Origin: Dicyema japonicum
Taxonomy: Eukaryota > Animalia > Dicyemida
Length of the DNA: 64,000 nucleotides
Direction: 5' to 3'
Assembly: GCA_011109175.1 (NCBI GenBank)
Contig: RDEW01000011.1
Coordinates: 1,360,209-1,424,208 of the forward strand
The number at the start of each line of letters is the position of its first letter. The stretch's first letter is position 1. This document shows, piece by piece, positions 51,218 to 64,000 of this stretch. The notes below the pieces were generated by a model. It was not told the DNA's origin, made no database searches, and saw nothing but the letters and a program-made list of their open reading frames with translations. A program made the translations under genes and the position numbers.

Positions 51218-51610
51218 GTGATAGCATAGCGATTAGTGTCGTCGCTCGAGTCGCGATTGGGTACGGGTTCGATTCCCACACAGATATCTACCTGGTTGAA
51301 GGATTTGTTATGCTCTGTGCCCCTGATCAAATCCTAGGAGGCATGAGTTAATCCACTAGTCCCAGAAGACAACCAATGCCTGGTCGGTTGCCAGAAAGGA
51401 TCTCTCTTCCCTACTGTTCCCACAACTGCTGATATGGATGGACTTGTTGCTAAGAAAGGACGCGTCTTACCGGACCAAGGGAACTGAATATATCCTACAT
51501 CACCAGAGCTGGATATAAAAGTGGTGGATATCTGGGAACTTCCTATCTTAGGGGTGCGTTTTTAGTTTCCTACAATCTAGCGAGACTGGGGGTTAATAAT
51601 TTATTATTAA
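51218..51610 (+). mobile_element. tRNA-derived SINE
   Basis: A-box-like TAGCATAGCG, B box GGGTTCGATTCCC, TACCTGGTTGAAGG, body shared with 46030-46290, TAA-rich tail. Confidence 0.7.
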
Positions 51611-53259
51611 TGCAGTAGTATATACAGCATAGGTTACCTGGGATATTTTGAATTTTTGGAATTAGTGAGGATCGGATCTATTAAAAGAACACCTTTAGAA
51701 AATCTAAAAGATCTCAGTTCTTTCCAAAGTACCTCTTAGTTGATTTTACTATACTGGAGGTCTTAGATGACCTTCAATCAGTAATTTTATTTAATTCGAA
51801 ATTTAAGTTATGGCTGACATTTTCTTCTTCGTGGGAGACTTCCTTTTTGGACAAAAATGAGGTTTGACCCTTGCATCATGGTCCAATCCTTGCTTGTATT
51901 TAACTTATCTTACTATCCTCTTGAATCACATGATGCTCTAGCACAACGGTTCTCAACCATTTGTATCCCCATTTTGAAACTTCATCTCCCGTGGGTTAAT
52001 TTAACATGCATTTAACTCGTAGACAAAAATTCTATAATCCAATAATTATTGAATGTGGCTAATGTGATCATTCGAACAGAATATTCAACGTTTAAATCAG
52101 GATTAATTCGACTTGAGTCGAAAATCACCTCAAGCTTTCACTTTGAATAAGAGAGCTGACTCAGCAAGATACGAAGTGGAAATTAAATATTATAGATTGA
52201 GTTAATCGTCCAATTAATCCAAAACTTATTTGAAATTTAATTTCATAAAATTTATTATTTTTGAGGTTTATTAATTTATCTCTTTTGAACAATCAATGAT
52301 TCGCCAATTGTATGGAAAAGCCTTTTTGTAGTAATTTCAGATATCCTCTATGAAGTTTCAAATCCTTCTAATGAAAAGCAACCAAAAGGCAAACAATTGT
52401 TTTCTACTGTATTTTTTGAGAATATTCCCGTTTATATATTTTCCTTTAATTTTTCAGTTTCATTTTTAGACGGATGCATGTTTTGAAATAATACAATATC
52501 CGTGATGACTTCATTTGACAAAGTAGTGCTGCTCATTAAACAATACGACTCTATTCTATCACTAAGACATTTATGATATTTGAAATTTTTTTCACGTTCA
52601 TTAATATTTAGTGGTAGCCATCTAAAAATATTATTTAAATTTTTCAATTATATGTCGCTTATCGTGAGGATGAAAAAAGACAAAGAGAGCAGTTGGTTTA
52701 TTGAGGGACTTTCTTGCAAATCGTAGGGAATGCGTTTCGATCCTGAGAGCAGCCAAAGTTCATAGAGAAATATGTTTAGTAGTTTAACGATTTCAATTAT
52801 ATAGTAATTTCTAATTTCATCGATCAAAAAAAACATATCACCCAGTTGGGCCAATATCGGTGGTTGAGAAACAAACTGCTTTAGCTTTAAAAAGAATGAT
52901 AAATAGAAAAAAGGGAAAAGCCTTCGAACAAGTAACGAATGGGAGAATTGAACCCAGGACCAGTGTTGCAGGCATGGCAATTTACATGGGTTTCAATTCT
53001 AAGTGAGAACACTCACATCACTGTGAGAATTCATCACATAAATCTGAGAAATTTTAACATCACTGCGAGAATCCATCATATCAATTTGAGAAATTTTCAA
53101 AAACAACCAAAACCATAATTTAAAAAAATTAATGAATATAAAACAATTCACAATCAACACTTCCAATTGCTTTGAGACCTTCATCAATTTAAAATTAGTT
53201 AAAATTTTGTAAAAAGTTATTCCTATTTTATTCATTGCGAAGCAAACACTGATGTTTTT

Positions 53260-53850
53260 TTATCTTAAAGATTTAACAAGTAGGAATTTTTTCTGCAAAA
53301 TCTCTTCCACAGTTGTTTCGCATTGAAACGTTAAATCCAACCTAGTATAAATATGTTGGCTTGAACCATTGTTGTATATGTTAATGATAACTTGTCTACT
53401 TTCATTTGAAATATTCTCCGACATTAACAAAATACTAAATTAGTGATAAAAAAATATTTAGAGCGACGTGGTCACTGCGAGTAAATATGATCAATTCTAG
53501 CCTAGATGTTAAAAATTCTCGGATTGAAGTGACGTACTACCCACTTAGTCGTGAAAACCCTTTAACCGCTATAAAATTGAAATCATAATGTAGTGCCCAC
53601 ACATATTAACTAACGACCCTAAAGTGTCCCTAAGCTGATAATTTCGCTTAAAAGTTAAAAATAGCAAATTTTCTCTTTCTTGCGTATTTCTAAAGAAACT
53701 CCTCGGCGGTCCACATTCGATGGGATTGGTATCGAGACAACTATAGTGGTAAGCAGGAGGTCTTTGTCCATCCTCAAAAGCCTGAACTTTCTCATCGCAA
53801 TCATAACCCATGACATCCGTGAAACCCAGTGACTCCCCCAATTGAGCATC
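53260..53850 (-). mobile_element. Tc1/IS630-like remnants
   Basis: CAGTGACCAC terminus near 53478 followed by HTH-like MSENISNESRQVIINIYNNG; separate PPAYH..TNPIE motif at about 53715-53760. Confidence 0.45.
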
Positions 53851-53987
53851 AACCCATCAATTACATCGGCGAAAATAAATAGTCAGAACTTAATACATGT
53901 TTATTTAGATAACATGGTTTTCGAGACTTAGTGACCCTAATTTACAAATCACAAATAATTCACACTAAAATATATAATTACAATTTA

Positions 53988-55872
53988 TTAGTTCTTACGT
54001 TTCTTATTCTTTACACTCACTTCTATAAAATTAAAATACACATTCACTGGAATTATAATTTGATGGGTTTAAATCCCCAGTTTTCTGTAATATCCCATCA
54101 ATGACCGTTCTCAGAGCATTGAAGGTCGTAGAATATCTCAGAAGAGTGTCTTTCATAATAAAAGTCAACCAACCATTCGGAATGCCTATCAATTTGATGT
54201 TGGAGGATGACTTTCTGATCTCTTTAAATATCTTCCTTTCCCTCTCACCAATCAGAGAAACAGCCCTTAGCCTTAAAACCCTGATAACCTCCCACTCTTT
54301 GATGCCCTAGCTGTCCTCCCAATACGGTGGATGTACAGTTTCAAAGTTGACGGCATATTATAGTTAATGACCTTTTAATATAACATCAATTCCACAGTTT
54401 CAATGTTATCAACATCCAACCCACGTGCCGCCAAATCAGTGGCTAAAAGGACATTGAATCTTTCAAGTTTGAATAAACTAAGCATCTCACATCGCTGAGA
54501 CTGAGTCAAATCCCCATGAAGTTCCCCCACTGATATTCCAAACAAACCCAAAACCACGTGCAACCATCTCACTGCCTTTTTGGTCCCAACAAAGACGATC
54601 ACCCTTCTTTTAAACACATTTCTCAACAAACCTAGAATAAACTACACAAAGCAACATGCAAGTACAGTCGGACGATCTTTCTCATGTCCCGGCCTAATCC
54701 TAACATACTCCTGACTCAAATTTCCAACAGATTTGTCATTAACAACCACATTTACTGGGGACTTTTGTATAAGGTTGGAAAGTTCACGTGCTTGGTCGGT
54801 CATTGTAGCAGAGAGGAGCATAGTTTGTCTATGGGAGGACAGAGAAGTCATTATAACTTTGATTTGCTCATAAAAGTGATCATCCAACAGTCTAAATAAG
54901 CAAATAACTGTACCTATCAGCCTCGTCTAGAATTAGAACCTCTATGGTTCTCAAATCGACCTTCCTGTTGCTAATTAAATCTATTAGTCGTCCCGGAGTG
55001 GCAATGAGAATGTCTGGGCAGCTCACTGCATCGTTCTGTTGGGGATCAATTGGAAGACCACCTAAAATAACCCACGTGAACCTACCAGTGACAACTGATA
55101 TATTAATCGTCATATATTTGGCCAATTGGGAGGTAACGTGATTGACTTGAATGGCCAGTTCCCTTGTGGGCACTAAAATGAGGACACGAGTAATGTTGTC
55201 GTAGTTCTGTATAAACAGGAGTCTTTCCAATGTGGGAAGAATATAGGCAGCGGTCTTTCCTATTATAATGAGGACTGAAAACCAGATCCAGTGGGTGCTC
55301 GTGCACAAAGATCCCTCCCAGAAAGGGCAATCGGGATGACTTTGGACTGAATAGGAGTTGGAGCTGTGATGGACAAATCATTTAGGGACTTTATAACAAG
55401 AAGAAGATACTTTTAAAAGAGGTCTTGATAGACTAGTCTCCTCAAAGGTGGTAAAGCTCTCGCATACATTCTTACAACCCTTGAATAACCAATAAACAAA
55501 CAGGCAGGGAACCAGTCCTTACTGTCACGTGTAAATCACTGTTTTGGAACCCAACTAACTGAAGATTCTTAAATGAAATTATAAATCAACATTTTCCCGC
55601 TCATTTTTGATTATTGTATCGAGTTCCTGGAAGCACGTGCTTTCTTTGAGCTGAACGTCTTTTCTATCATTTTTTGGGAGGCAGTTTTCTTCCTTAAATC
55701 ATAAAATGATGATTACATTGAAGTCAAATTTAAAATCAGGATTTATATCAGAATCATGATTACTTTCAGAATCCCCATCGATTTTGTATCTCTCACGCTC
55801 TTTTCGTGCATCTACTAGCGAGACTTTCTTCTTTTTTCCGTGTTTGGTTGATTTTTTTGAACCTTGTTTCAT
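53988..55872 (-). CDS. DDX27: DEAD-box RNA helicase DDX27/Drs1, about 13 exons
   Basis: Twelve 22-25 nt GT-AG introns join [115 protein letters not shown], ending KNKKRKN*. Confidence 0.92.
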
Positions 55873-56069
55873 ATAGTGAATCAAGTAGAAGTAAATTTAT
55901 AACCCCACAAAAAAAACACGATGTTTAAATATAAAATATATTTAAAAATAAATTATATTTAATATTAATATATTAAACAAATCAAAAACAAAAATAAAGG
56001 CTAATGTCACCATTTATTATTGAGAGCATTCGAAATTTTTTTTTAATTTTTTTCCGGTAGAAAATCTCA

Positions 56070-57290
56070 GGCCCATAATCCAATAACTTTACGGAAACTA
56101 CTATCTCTGATTGTTCTGGAAAGAAGACGAAGATCCACGGTGGATTTCGTATGGACAAATAGATGGATGTGTGCCATGACGTAGAGATTCCAGAAGGCTG
56201 TTCACATACTGGGAATTGATCTATCCCGACCGTTTGATACTGTACGCAGAGGGAAACTAATGTTGTTACTTGGTACGTTGCTGGAGGAGGACAGTCAAAG
56301 GATGATCCGGGTCCTACTTGTGGACACTGAAATACAAGTCTGGGTCGGTTCAGAACGATCCCGTAAATTTGAGACACATATTGGCACTCCTCAATAAGAT
56401 TCTTTATCTCCACTACTATTCGCTATCCATCTGGAAGCCACCCTTCGTGATTTACGAGCCAAAACTGGGCCGACTTCGATCACAACTAATTTACGTGGAT
56501 GACGTAGACTTTGTTTCGGAGGACATAAAGGCGATCAGGACTGTTCTAAATCTTGCTCCCTGAGCATTCGCGGAATGTTTCTGAAAATGAAATAACAAAA
56601 GACAAAGGTCACAAAAGAGACACTCAATTTACAGATGAGAATTGGAGAAGAACAAAGAAAGTTGGCTCACTACTCGGTGATTGGGAAGATGTTCAGCGAA
56701 GGAAATTGTTATCGATTCATGCACTTAAAAGACTAAAGTCCACATGGCTAAAAATACTAACACGTCTCAACATCCATAAAGGTGCGTCTATGCAATGCAT
56801 TTATTCTGCCTATTTTGATGTACAAATCAGGAACGTGGGAATTGAATCAAACTTTTACTGAAAGCCTTAATGTTTTTCAAAAAAACGACTGAAATCCTAT
56901 TGGACATACGCTATCCGAAGGTGATCAGCAACCAGAACCTATACACCACCTGTAAATCCGACAGCTTGGGGACCACTGTAATGAAAACTCGATGGGGATT
57001 ATTTGGGCATATTGAGGATGGATCCTCCTGCTCCCGCAAATGATATCATGGAACTATACTTCCTAAGTATTGGTTCATTTCGGTGTAGACCACGAACAAC
57101 ACTTCCTCTGACCTCAAATAGCGACCTAAAAGTGCAAAATGCAACTGGAAAATCTTGATAACTTAGACGATTTCCGAAAAATCGCAGTCTCAAGAGGAGC
57201 GTAGAGGCGTCTGACGGCAAAGATTATCCGGGGTGCGGCACAAGCGACGTCAATTGATTAACTATATTGTTGTTGCGAATGTGCATTATT
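56070..57290 (+). mobile_element. RTE-like LINE, decayed
   Basis: GIDLSRPFDTV, YVDDVDF, KKVGSLLGD, LFGHILRM; (TAT)n tail near 57285. Confidence 0.8.
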
Positions 57291-57399
57291 ATTATTCGAA
57301 AAAACTACAGTTTCAGTGTTATCAACATCCAACCACGTGGATGTCACAGCACTAATATACAACACACCCATAAATAGAAACACAATTCCAACAATGGAG

Positions 57400-58445
57400 A
57401 AGTTGGCCCACATCCCCCAGTACAGAATCCTGGAAAACCTAAAGAGTCCCTTTCATTTTATCGACCAATATTCAATATCAACGTCAACAGAAAAGTCCTC
57501 GATCTCTCTTTTTACACCAAATAGAAGGCTATCATGTTATTCCGCAAACTATTCTTGAATGGTGAACTAATCCCACACAAGAATCAAGCTGAGATTCTGG
57601 GAGTAACATTTGACACCCTCATGACCTTCAGCACTCATGTGTCAAACGTATTCAGTGTTTCGGCATGAAAGCTTAACTTTGTGAAAGTGCTCGTCCCAAA
57701 TCTTCATAACCGGTCATTATCCACGTTGTACACCCATCGAGCAAACTATAAGTTATGGATGTGCAGCTTGGGGAACAAAACTTGCCAAAAAACATGGATG
57801 AGACCAACTCCGCTCAATCCAATATGACCGAACAATCTCTCGAATAACAGGACTACCAATAAGGGCAACCCCATTTGAGGTCCTTGTGAGGAAGTCGGGC
57901 GACATATTCACCCAAAATGGAAAACCACCAGAAAACGGTGCTATCTAAAATTTGTCGATTCCACAAACAGACGTTCCTTCCTTGTATTAATAATTTATGA
58001 CTGTTTGTGCTGGGCTTACCAAAGATTGTTAGCCTGGGAATAATAACATCCGAGAATCATTAACTAATTCCTTTATTCCTTAAGACAAGCTTATACGAGT
58101 TACCCAAGGAATACTCGATTATTATTATTCGATGATAATGAAATACTACACCCACCCCCTCCTCCGATAGACCAATCAGAATCCTCTCTTCTGAGAGACG
58201 TCTGGGTAAACCTGACTCGTCTACAATGTGGGCACCCTCTCTACCGACGTACGATATCCTCTGTCCCTCTTGTAACCTCTATGAGTTGACAACAAACCAA
58301 TTATTTGAATGTCATGAATTAGCACAACGTTCGTCTACAATACCGGGACTGACCGATCTATGAGATTGATCGGCATCTATTGCATCCTATTTAATAGCTG
58401 CTGCCCTCCTACAACTTAGTGAGGCAGGGGTTACTTAACTAACTA
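57400..58445 (+). mobile_element. LINE 3' fragments, including a CCHC-like C-terminus and the terminus shared with 1380-1445
   Basis: ILGVTFDTLMTFSTHV, SYGCAAW; LTRLQCGH..CPSC..TNQLFEC; 3' end GTGAGGCAGGGGTTACTTAACTAACT. Confidence 0.75.
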
Positions 58446-58635
58446 TACGAGTTACTTCAATTTTGACCAAATGGGATTCGATTCCAGACATTGTTGCATC
58501 CAATGTTTCCTTATTTCTGAAAGTTCCCATGTCCTATTTCTTATGAGTTCATCAAGAAAGGGGAGGAAAGGTTATAACCACATGTGATGGTGACACCAGC
58601 TCAACACTCCGACCTATTGGAAACTTTAATATTAC

Positions 58636-58768
58636 TTGAAGATTTAGAGATTTCGAAGGAATAACAAATTAATGATTTCTTAATTGAAATTAGCAAACAT
58701 TGAAGATTTAGATATTTTGAGGGAATAACAAATTAATGATTTTTTAATTGAAATTAGCAAACATTGAA
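58636..58768. repeat. 64-bp imperfect tandem duplication
   Basis: TTGAAGATTTAGA...GAAATTAGCAAACA twice, with a few substitutions. Confidence 0.85.
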
Positions 58769-60499
58769 TTTTCTCTACCATCCTTTATTTTCAAGTGAAA
58801 TTTTTAAAGAACCTCGTCTTCCCTTAAAAGTGCACTTATTTGAACCATCCACATTATGAGTCTCTTCAAAATGTCATTATCAGTGATTAAATGAATTTTT
58901 ACTAATCAAGTAGACCTGGGGGACAGTTGGAATGCCATTGGTCATTCCCCGAAGGTCTGGATTTCTCTTGGAGTCTTACGTCACCCGTCAATACCTTCAG
59001 GAGATTTGAGCCACCCAATGATTTTGGCTATGAAGGCAGCATTTAAACGGAAGGCCACTACTTCTCCCTCTCAATATAAGTTTACTTTCAAGTGGAGTGT
59101 GATAATTTGAGGGTGTCTTTATGCTTCCACCATAATTTATCTTTCCAATTCACTTGCTGGCTCATTGAGCCATTTCCTGGCAATCATCAGCGGAAATACG
59201 AGAGCAGCCAGCAGTTACTTTTTTGCTAAATAAAGTTCCCCTTGCTTCTGTTGTATTAATTCAGACTTTTCAAAAATCGAAAAATCGTTAGAACTTAATT
59301 ACATAATAAAAATCAATAAAACACAAAATCTTATTTCAAAAGACCAAAAATTAATGAAAAAATGAGGGACTTTATTGCTTTGGATTCTGAGGAGTCCGAA
59401 GTTCATCCTCCGAATGGGCAAATTTGCACCTGTCACCAAATCTACAGTGATTGTGTAACAATATGTAGTCACATAACCTAGTTTTATAATTCCTAGGTTC
59501 TTTCTTCTTTTTTGGAGAATCCGTAGAGTTCTCCTCTTTTTTTGGAACTTTGTTTTTTTGGAATATCTTGACTTTTGTATAGTGAAACTGATCATTACCT
59601 CACAAATACTTGGCGCTAACTATTTAAGCAAATATATAACCGTAGGTAACGGCAAACGAAAATTAATCGAATTTTCAATGTAACAATGAAATTTGATAAT
59701 TAGAAAAGCGTCTCGTTTTATTAACCCACGTGCTAATTCTCTTTCAAGTAATGGAGCCGAGTTGTTTGGGGTGGTGACGTACCTCCACGCATGAAATCAC
59801 TTTTCTTCATGATGGATGAAAGCTCCCTTCTCGTAAACATGGACGAGGTGACGGATTCAGGAGACATTGGAAACCTGAGTTCAGTAAGAAGTGTCTGATG
59901 TTCAAAGTATTTTTTTTCAAATTCCGCCCCACTTTGAAAATCAGCCATGTTTGTAAGAATTAACTTCTGATAGCCGCGAGATTACAGTGAAGGGATCGGG
60001 GGTAAATAGAGAATTAACTGTAATTAAGAGAGGTTACTACTCAATAAAACTTAATTTTGAGTAGTATGGCAGACTGGAGTAAATTAGTGCCATTTTATTG
60101 ATTTAATCACAGTAAATCACAGTAAAACCTCTGGAATCCACCACTTTGAGGGAGTCCCAAAATGTGGGAGACTGAAGGAATTGATAAATAATTAATAATT
60201 AGAAAAGTAAATAATTAGAATAGCATCTCGTTTTATTAATCCACGTGTTAATTAAACCACGTGCTATCAAACATAAACCACCAGAATTGGACCGCTATTT
60301 TTAGTAGATTATTCGCCAAAATTCCCTCCTCATACTGCTTAACAAAAATAAATAATCAGTTGTCGTCTTAGTGGATTTTTTAATTCGTGCTATCGCATAT
60401 TTCCTCGTGGATTTGTTAATTTCGTGTTTTTTTCTAAAAACATACTGTGGCTTTACGTATTCGTTGCTATTGGATCATTTAGTACCTCAAACATGTCAC

Positions 60500-63220
60500 T
60501 ATTAGTTAGTTTCTCCAAACCGACGTCTTCCAAGCCTCCAGTCACAATTGTTGAGAGCTCCAGTAAATCCCTGAAGACATGAAGTTATTAACCCGACCTT
60601 GCTATCTTGTAGGAGTTATGTATTGTCTTTGATTTGGTTTTATCTGAAGGAGGNTCGGTCCACAAAACAGGTGCGTTATGGTATGGATTATCTTTCTTTA
60701 GTTTTTTGTTAAGTCAGGAAGTGGCAAGGGTGGTCTGGTTCCGTGGTTTCATTAAAGAATTGAAGATTCCTCATGCGAAGATTATCTTCCACTGGGAGAA
60801 TAGTGGGTTTCCAGTGGAGGTGGTCGGACGATGTGATTTTGTTGCATCCAATAATTGTTCGAAAAGCACCTTTTGGACTCTGAAGTTTTTTGAATGTTGC
60901 AAGCTGCGATTCCTCATGCGAAGATTATCTTCCACTGGGAGAATAGTGGGTTTCCAGTGGAGGTGGTCGGACGATGTGATTTTGTTGCATCCAATAATTG
61001 TTCGAAAAGCACCTTTTGGACTCTGAAGTTTTTTGAATGTTGCAAGCTGCATAGTTCAAAGTGTTCCCGATAAATTGTTTGTAGATTGTTCTGAGGGTTG
61101 CTTTGTCCTGGCCAAGGATGGATCCAGCCACCGTAAGTAAAGCGTTCCTTTTATTATTTGCTTTTGTAACTACGTGGTGCACGTGTGAGGAGAATTTGAG
61201 TCATTGGCTGTAGATAACTCGAAGTTTTGAGATAGGGAAGAATTTTCCGATGATTGTCAGTTCTGGTTTTGAGTTTAGCTGGCCTCAGTCAGAGGTGAAT
61301 ATAATGACGCTGTACTTGGAGGGGGAGATGTGGTTCGTAAATAACCAGGACTCTAGAGAATCCAGGTTTGTTTGGAGACGATTGAAGCGGAAGTAATATT
61401 TTTATCCCCGGCCGCGAGGATCAAGTCGTTCGCGTAGGATNATGATTTTCAGTTCTGGTTTTGAGTTTAGCTGGCCTCAGTCAGAGGTGAATATAATGAC
61501 GCTGTACTTGGAGGGGGAGATGTGGTTGGTAAATAACCAGGACTCTAGAGAATCCAGGTTTGTTTGTAGACGATTGAAGCGGAAGTAATATTTTTATCCC
61601 CGGCCGCGAGGATCAAGTCGTTCGCGTAGGATAGTACCATCGTATATTCCAGATCTGGTATGCTACTCAAGTGGAAGTCAAACAAATCCGGAGAGAGGGA
61701 AGAGCATTGTGGGACTCCGTTTGGGAGGAGAGATTTCTTTGACATAAACAAGGTACGTTCCAATCAAAAAAATGATTTTGAATGAATGGGGGAATACTCG
61801 TTGTGGTTATCTTGTTGGAAACAATGTGCAGGGAGGTCCTGTCGAAGGTCTTGGAAATGTCAATTGAGGCAAGAACTGTGTGGAGTGGCGGTTTATGATT
61901 ATTGAATTCATCCGCAATATAGTTAACTTGGTTAGGTGGGTTGAGGTTGAATGCCAAAAAATCGTGCGGGGAGTTGGAAAGATTTAGGTGAGGGTATATA
62001 CAGTTGATAATGTATCCCTCGAAGATTTTTGATTGGTCATGGGGGTCCTTCTAGGTTTGAGAGTTGGGATTATTGTGGATTTTTTCCAGACCATATACAC
62101 AAATCCGAATTTAAAGACGCTCGGTACATGTCTGTAAAGGGTCACTGTCCATTTTTTGAGATGATATATGTATATTCTGTCTGGCCCATTTGCAGGAAAG
62201 TTTTTTGCATTCATTATCAAAGAACGTATACCCAACCAGTCTACTTTGATTGGTGGTAGTACTCGGTGACTAAGGAAATTCACGATTTATCCATATTGAT
62301 CTGACAAAAATTGCTGTAATGGGTCATTAGGTCGTCTGTTTGTGACATTTGTTTGTTCCAGATTCGTGGGAATTTGTCTAGCGTCTTTCCAGTGTTCTAA
62401 AATTCGGTAGGCTTGTCCGATAGTCCAGACGTAAGACAAACTCTTCCACCTTGACCTTTTATTTTGAAGGATGTGGTCGGAGATCATCCTGTTAATGCTG
62501 AGTAGTCTGCAGGGTGAGTTTATGTCCTTGACGCCACTCCTTTTTATAGCAAGCCTTTCTTTTATGAGGCCAATAATCTCCTTGGTGAAGAGTGGTTTGC
62601 CGCATGGAATCCCTTGGGTACGTATTTTTGGTCTTCTATGAGTGTGTATTTGTTGAAATATTCAACCATAGAGGATTCCTGGCATTAAAATCCCCGAACA
62701 CGATTATGTTTTTCAGAGACGAGAACCAAGAAAGGTCAGGTCGATATCCTTTTGAGCAATTGGAGGAGAGGGAATATATACGTTGATGTTGATTGTTATT
62801 CCTGGCATTAAAGTCCCCGAACACGATTATGTTTTTCAGAGACGAGAACCAAGAAAGGTCAGGTCGATATCCTTTTGATCAATTGGAGGAGAGGGAATAT
62901 ATACGTTGATGTTGATTGTTATCAGCAATGAGATCAAAGGCCATCAGGTAAAAATGTGATTCTTGTCAATACTGGCGGCGTGGGTTGTGTCCATTCTATT
63001 TTGTCTCGACTGAATTCCACATAAAGTACCTCGGAAATCCTTTAGGTTAATTTTGGTGATGAAATTTTTCCATCGATCCAATTTTCTTTTGTTGATTTTA
63101 ACTCTGTAATTTCACTAATAAGGTGGATAGTTTGGTCGTAGGAATTCTTTATTTTTTGAATCGGCGTCTTGTATGAATACGATAATTTCCTTAGAGAAAT
63201 GGATTATAGTCTGCAATGAT
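60500..63220 (-). mobile_element. Decayed APE-RT LINE containing probable assembly duplications
   Basis: FGDFNA, GPDRI, IIPTLKP, SIDISKTFD, GVPQCSSLSP, SYANDL, YKQFIGNTLNYA. Near-exact tandem copies at 60765-61050 (143 bp), 61251-61632 (192 bp, N at junction) and 62675-62920 (123 bp). Confidence 0.8.
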
Positions 63221-64000
63221 TCGTCCATGCAGGAAGTGCGTCGGCACTTGGGAGCAACACCGAGGAAAGATGAGGTGGCTGCTCAAGGGAGGTGGGATCA
63301 CCTGACGGCCCCTACTTTCCTTAGTTTTTGTCGGTGATTTTTGGTATTTATATTAAATTAAAAATTAAATGATTCTTCTTGGAATGTGTTTCACTGATAA
63401 CCTTATTAAAAAATTTCACCGCGGCATTTGAAATTCTCAACGGAAAAATTCGGATAGCAATTTTTTCCATTTCTTTGCGAAATGAATCCAATTTTGCACG
63501 TTTGTAATTGATTATGGTATTCCGATGCCTAACAAAAGGCGAGAGTACTTCGATTGAGAGAAGAATTGGTTATGGTCAGAGTGGAGGTAATATATAACTT
63601 TCCCGGATATCCCGTGCGACTCAACGATCTAAAGGAGCTACTACTGTCAAACATTTTGAAGAGGAGATCAAGACAGTTTCCACGTCTACAGAAAATAAAA
63701 ACAAGTCTATTCCTCACGATCTTCCAGCTTTTGAATACTCTGGAAATGTGTTTGTACATCTCTGTTACATCGAGTATGGGAGCCATCTAAATTTATAATG
63801 TGATGTACTCGTTCGACTTGACGGGGTCTATCAGATTGAGCCACAAAGCCTCGAATTCAGAAAAGTGGAGGACAAAAGGAACTTTTGTGAATANAAGAGG
63901 AGATCAAGACAGTTTCCACGTCTACAGAAAATGAAAACAAGTCTATTCCTCACGATCCTCCAGCTTTTGAATACTCTGGAAATGTGTTTATACATCTCTG

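Noticed and set aside
51340-51535. Twister-ribozyme-like pieces (TAATCCACTAGTCCCAG ... GCTGGATATAAAAGTGG)
   Set aside because: The halves are about 140 bp apart, the intervening sequence is SINE body shared with 46.1 kb, and the required GAGGG pseudoknot partner is absent.
59770-59835. RR...KKSDFMRGG as an FMRFamide-like neuropeptide precursor
   Set aside because: No signal peptide, no RF-G motif and no repeated peptides.
60765-64000. Tandem duplications of 143, 192 and 123 bp, and the 63659/63895 repeat
   Set aside because: Near-identical copies, two with an N at the junction, inside decayed sequence. They look like scaffolding or haplotype-merge artefacts.

Overview
Eukaryotic, AT-rich animal genomic DNA, not prokaryotic. 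It holds nine host genes, all split by extremely short spliceosomal introns (almost all 21-29 nt): NAA10, a miniature XRCC2, a DNAJB9-like J-protein, CAPZB, a damaged multi-C-type-lectin gene, RUVBL1, Pax6, a cytochrome c and DDX27. Pax6, the standard genetic code and ~24-nt introns together point to a dicyemid mesozoan (inference). The genes are islands among nested, mostly decayed transposons: Ingi/Vingi-like LINEs with 2A-like peptides, RTE, CRE-clade, Jockey/I-like and L1/Tx1-like retroelements, pogo/Tigger, Tc1 and hAT DNA transposons, a 97-bp MITE and tRNA-derived SINEs. The ORF track misses most real genes because of the micro-introns. Main leads: (1) an intact cytochrome c whose axial ligand Met80 is replaced by Lys, with a Met-containing C-terminal extension; (2) strong enrichment of the palindrome CACGTG, concentrated in and around host genes; (3) a hAT transposase carrying host-type micro-introns; (4) LINE 2A-like peptides lacking the canonical Glu. 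Indels in conserved genes and duplications next to N bases indicate an imperfect assembly, so frameshifts need read-level checking. All gene models were spliced and translated by eye; homology calls come from remembered family sequences, not database searches.
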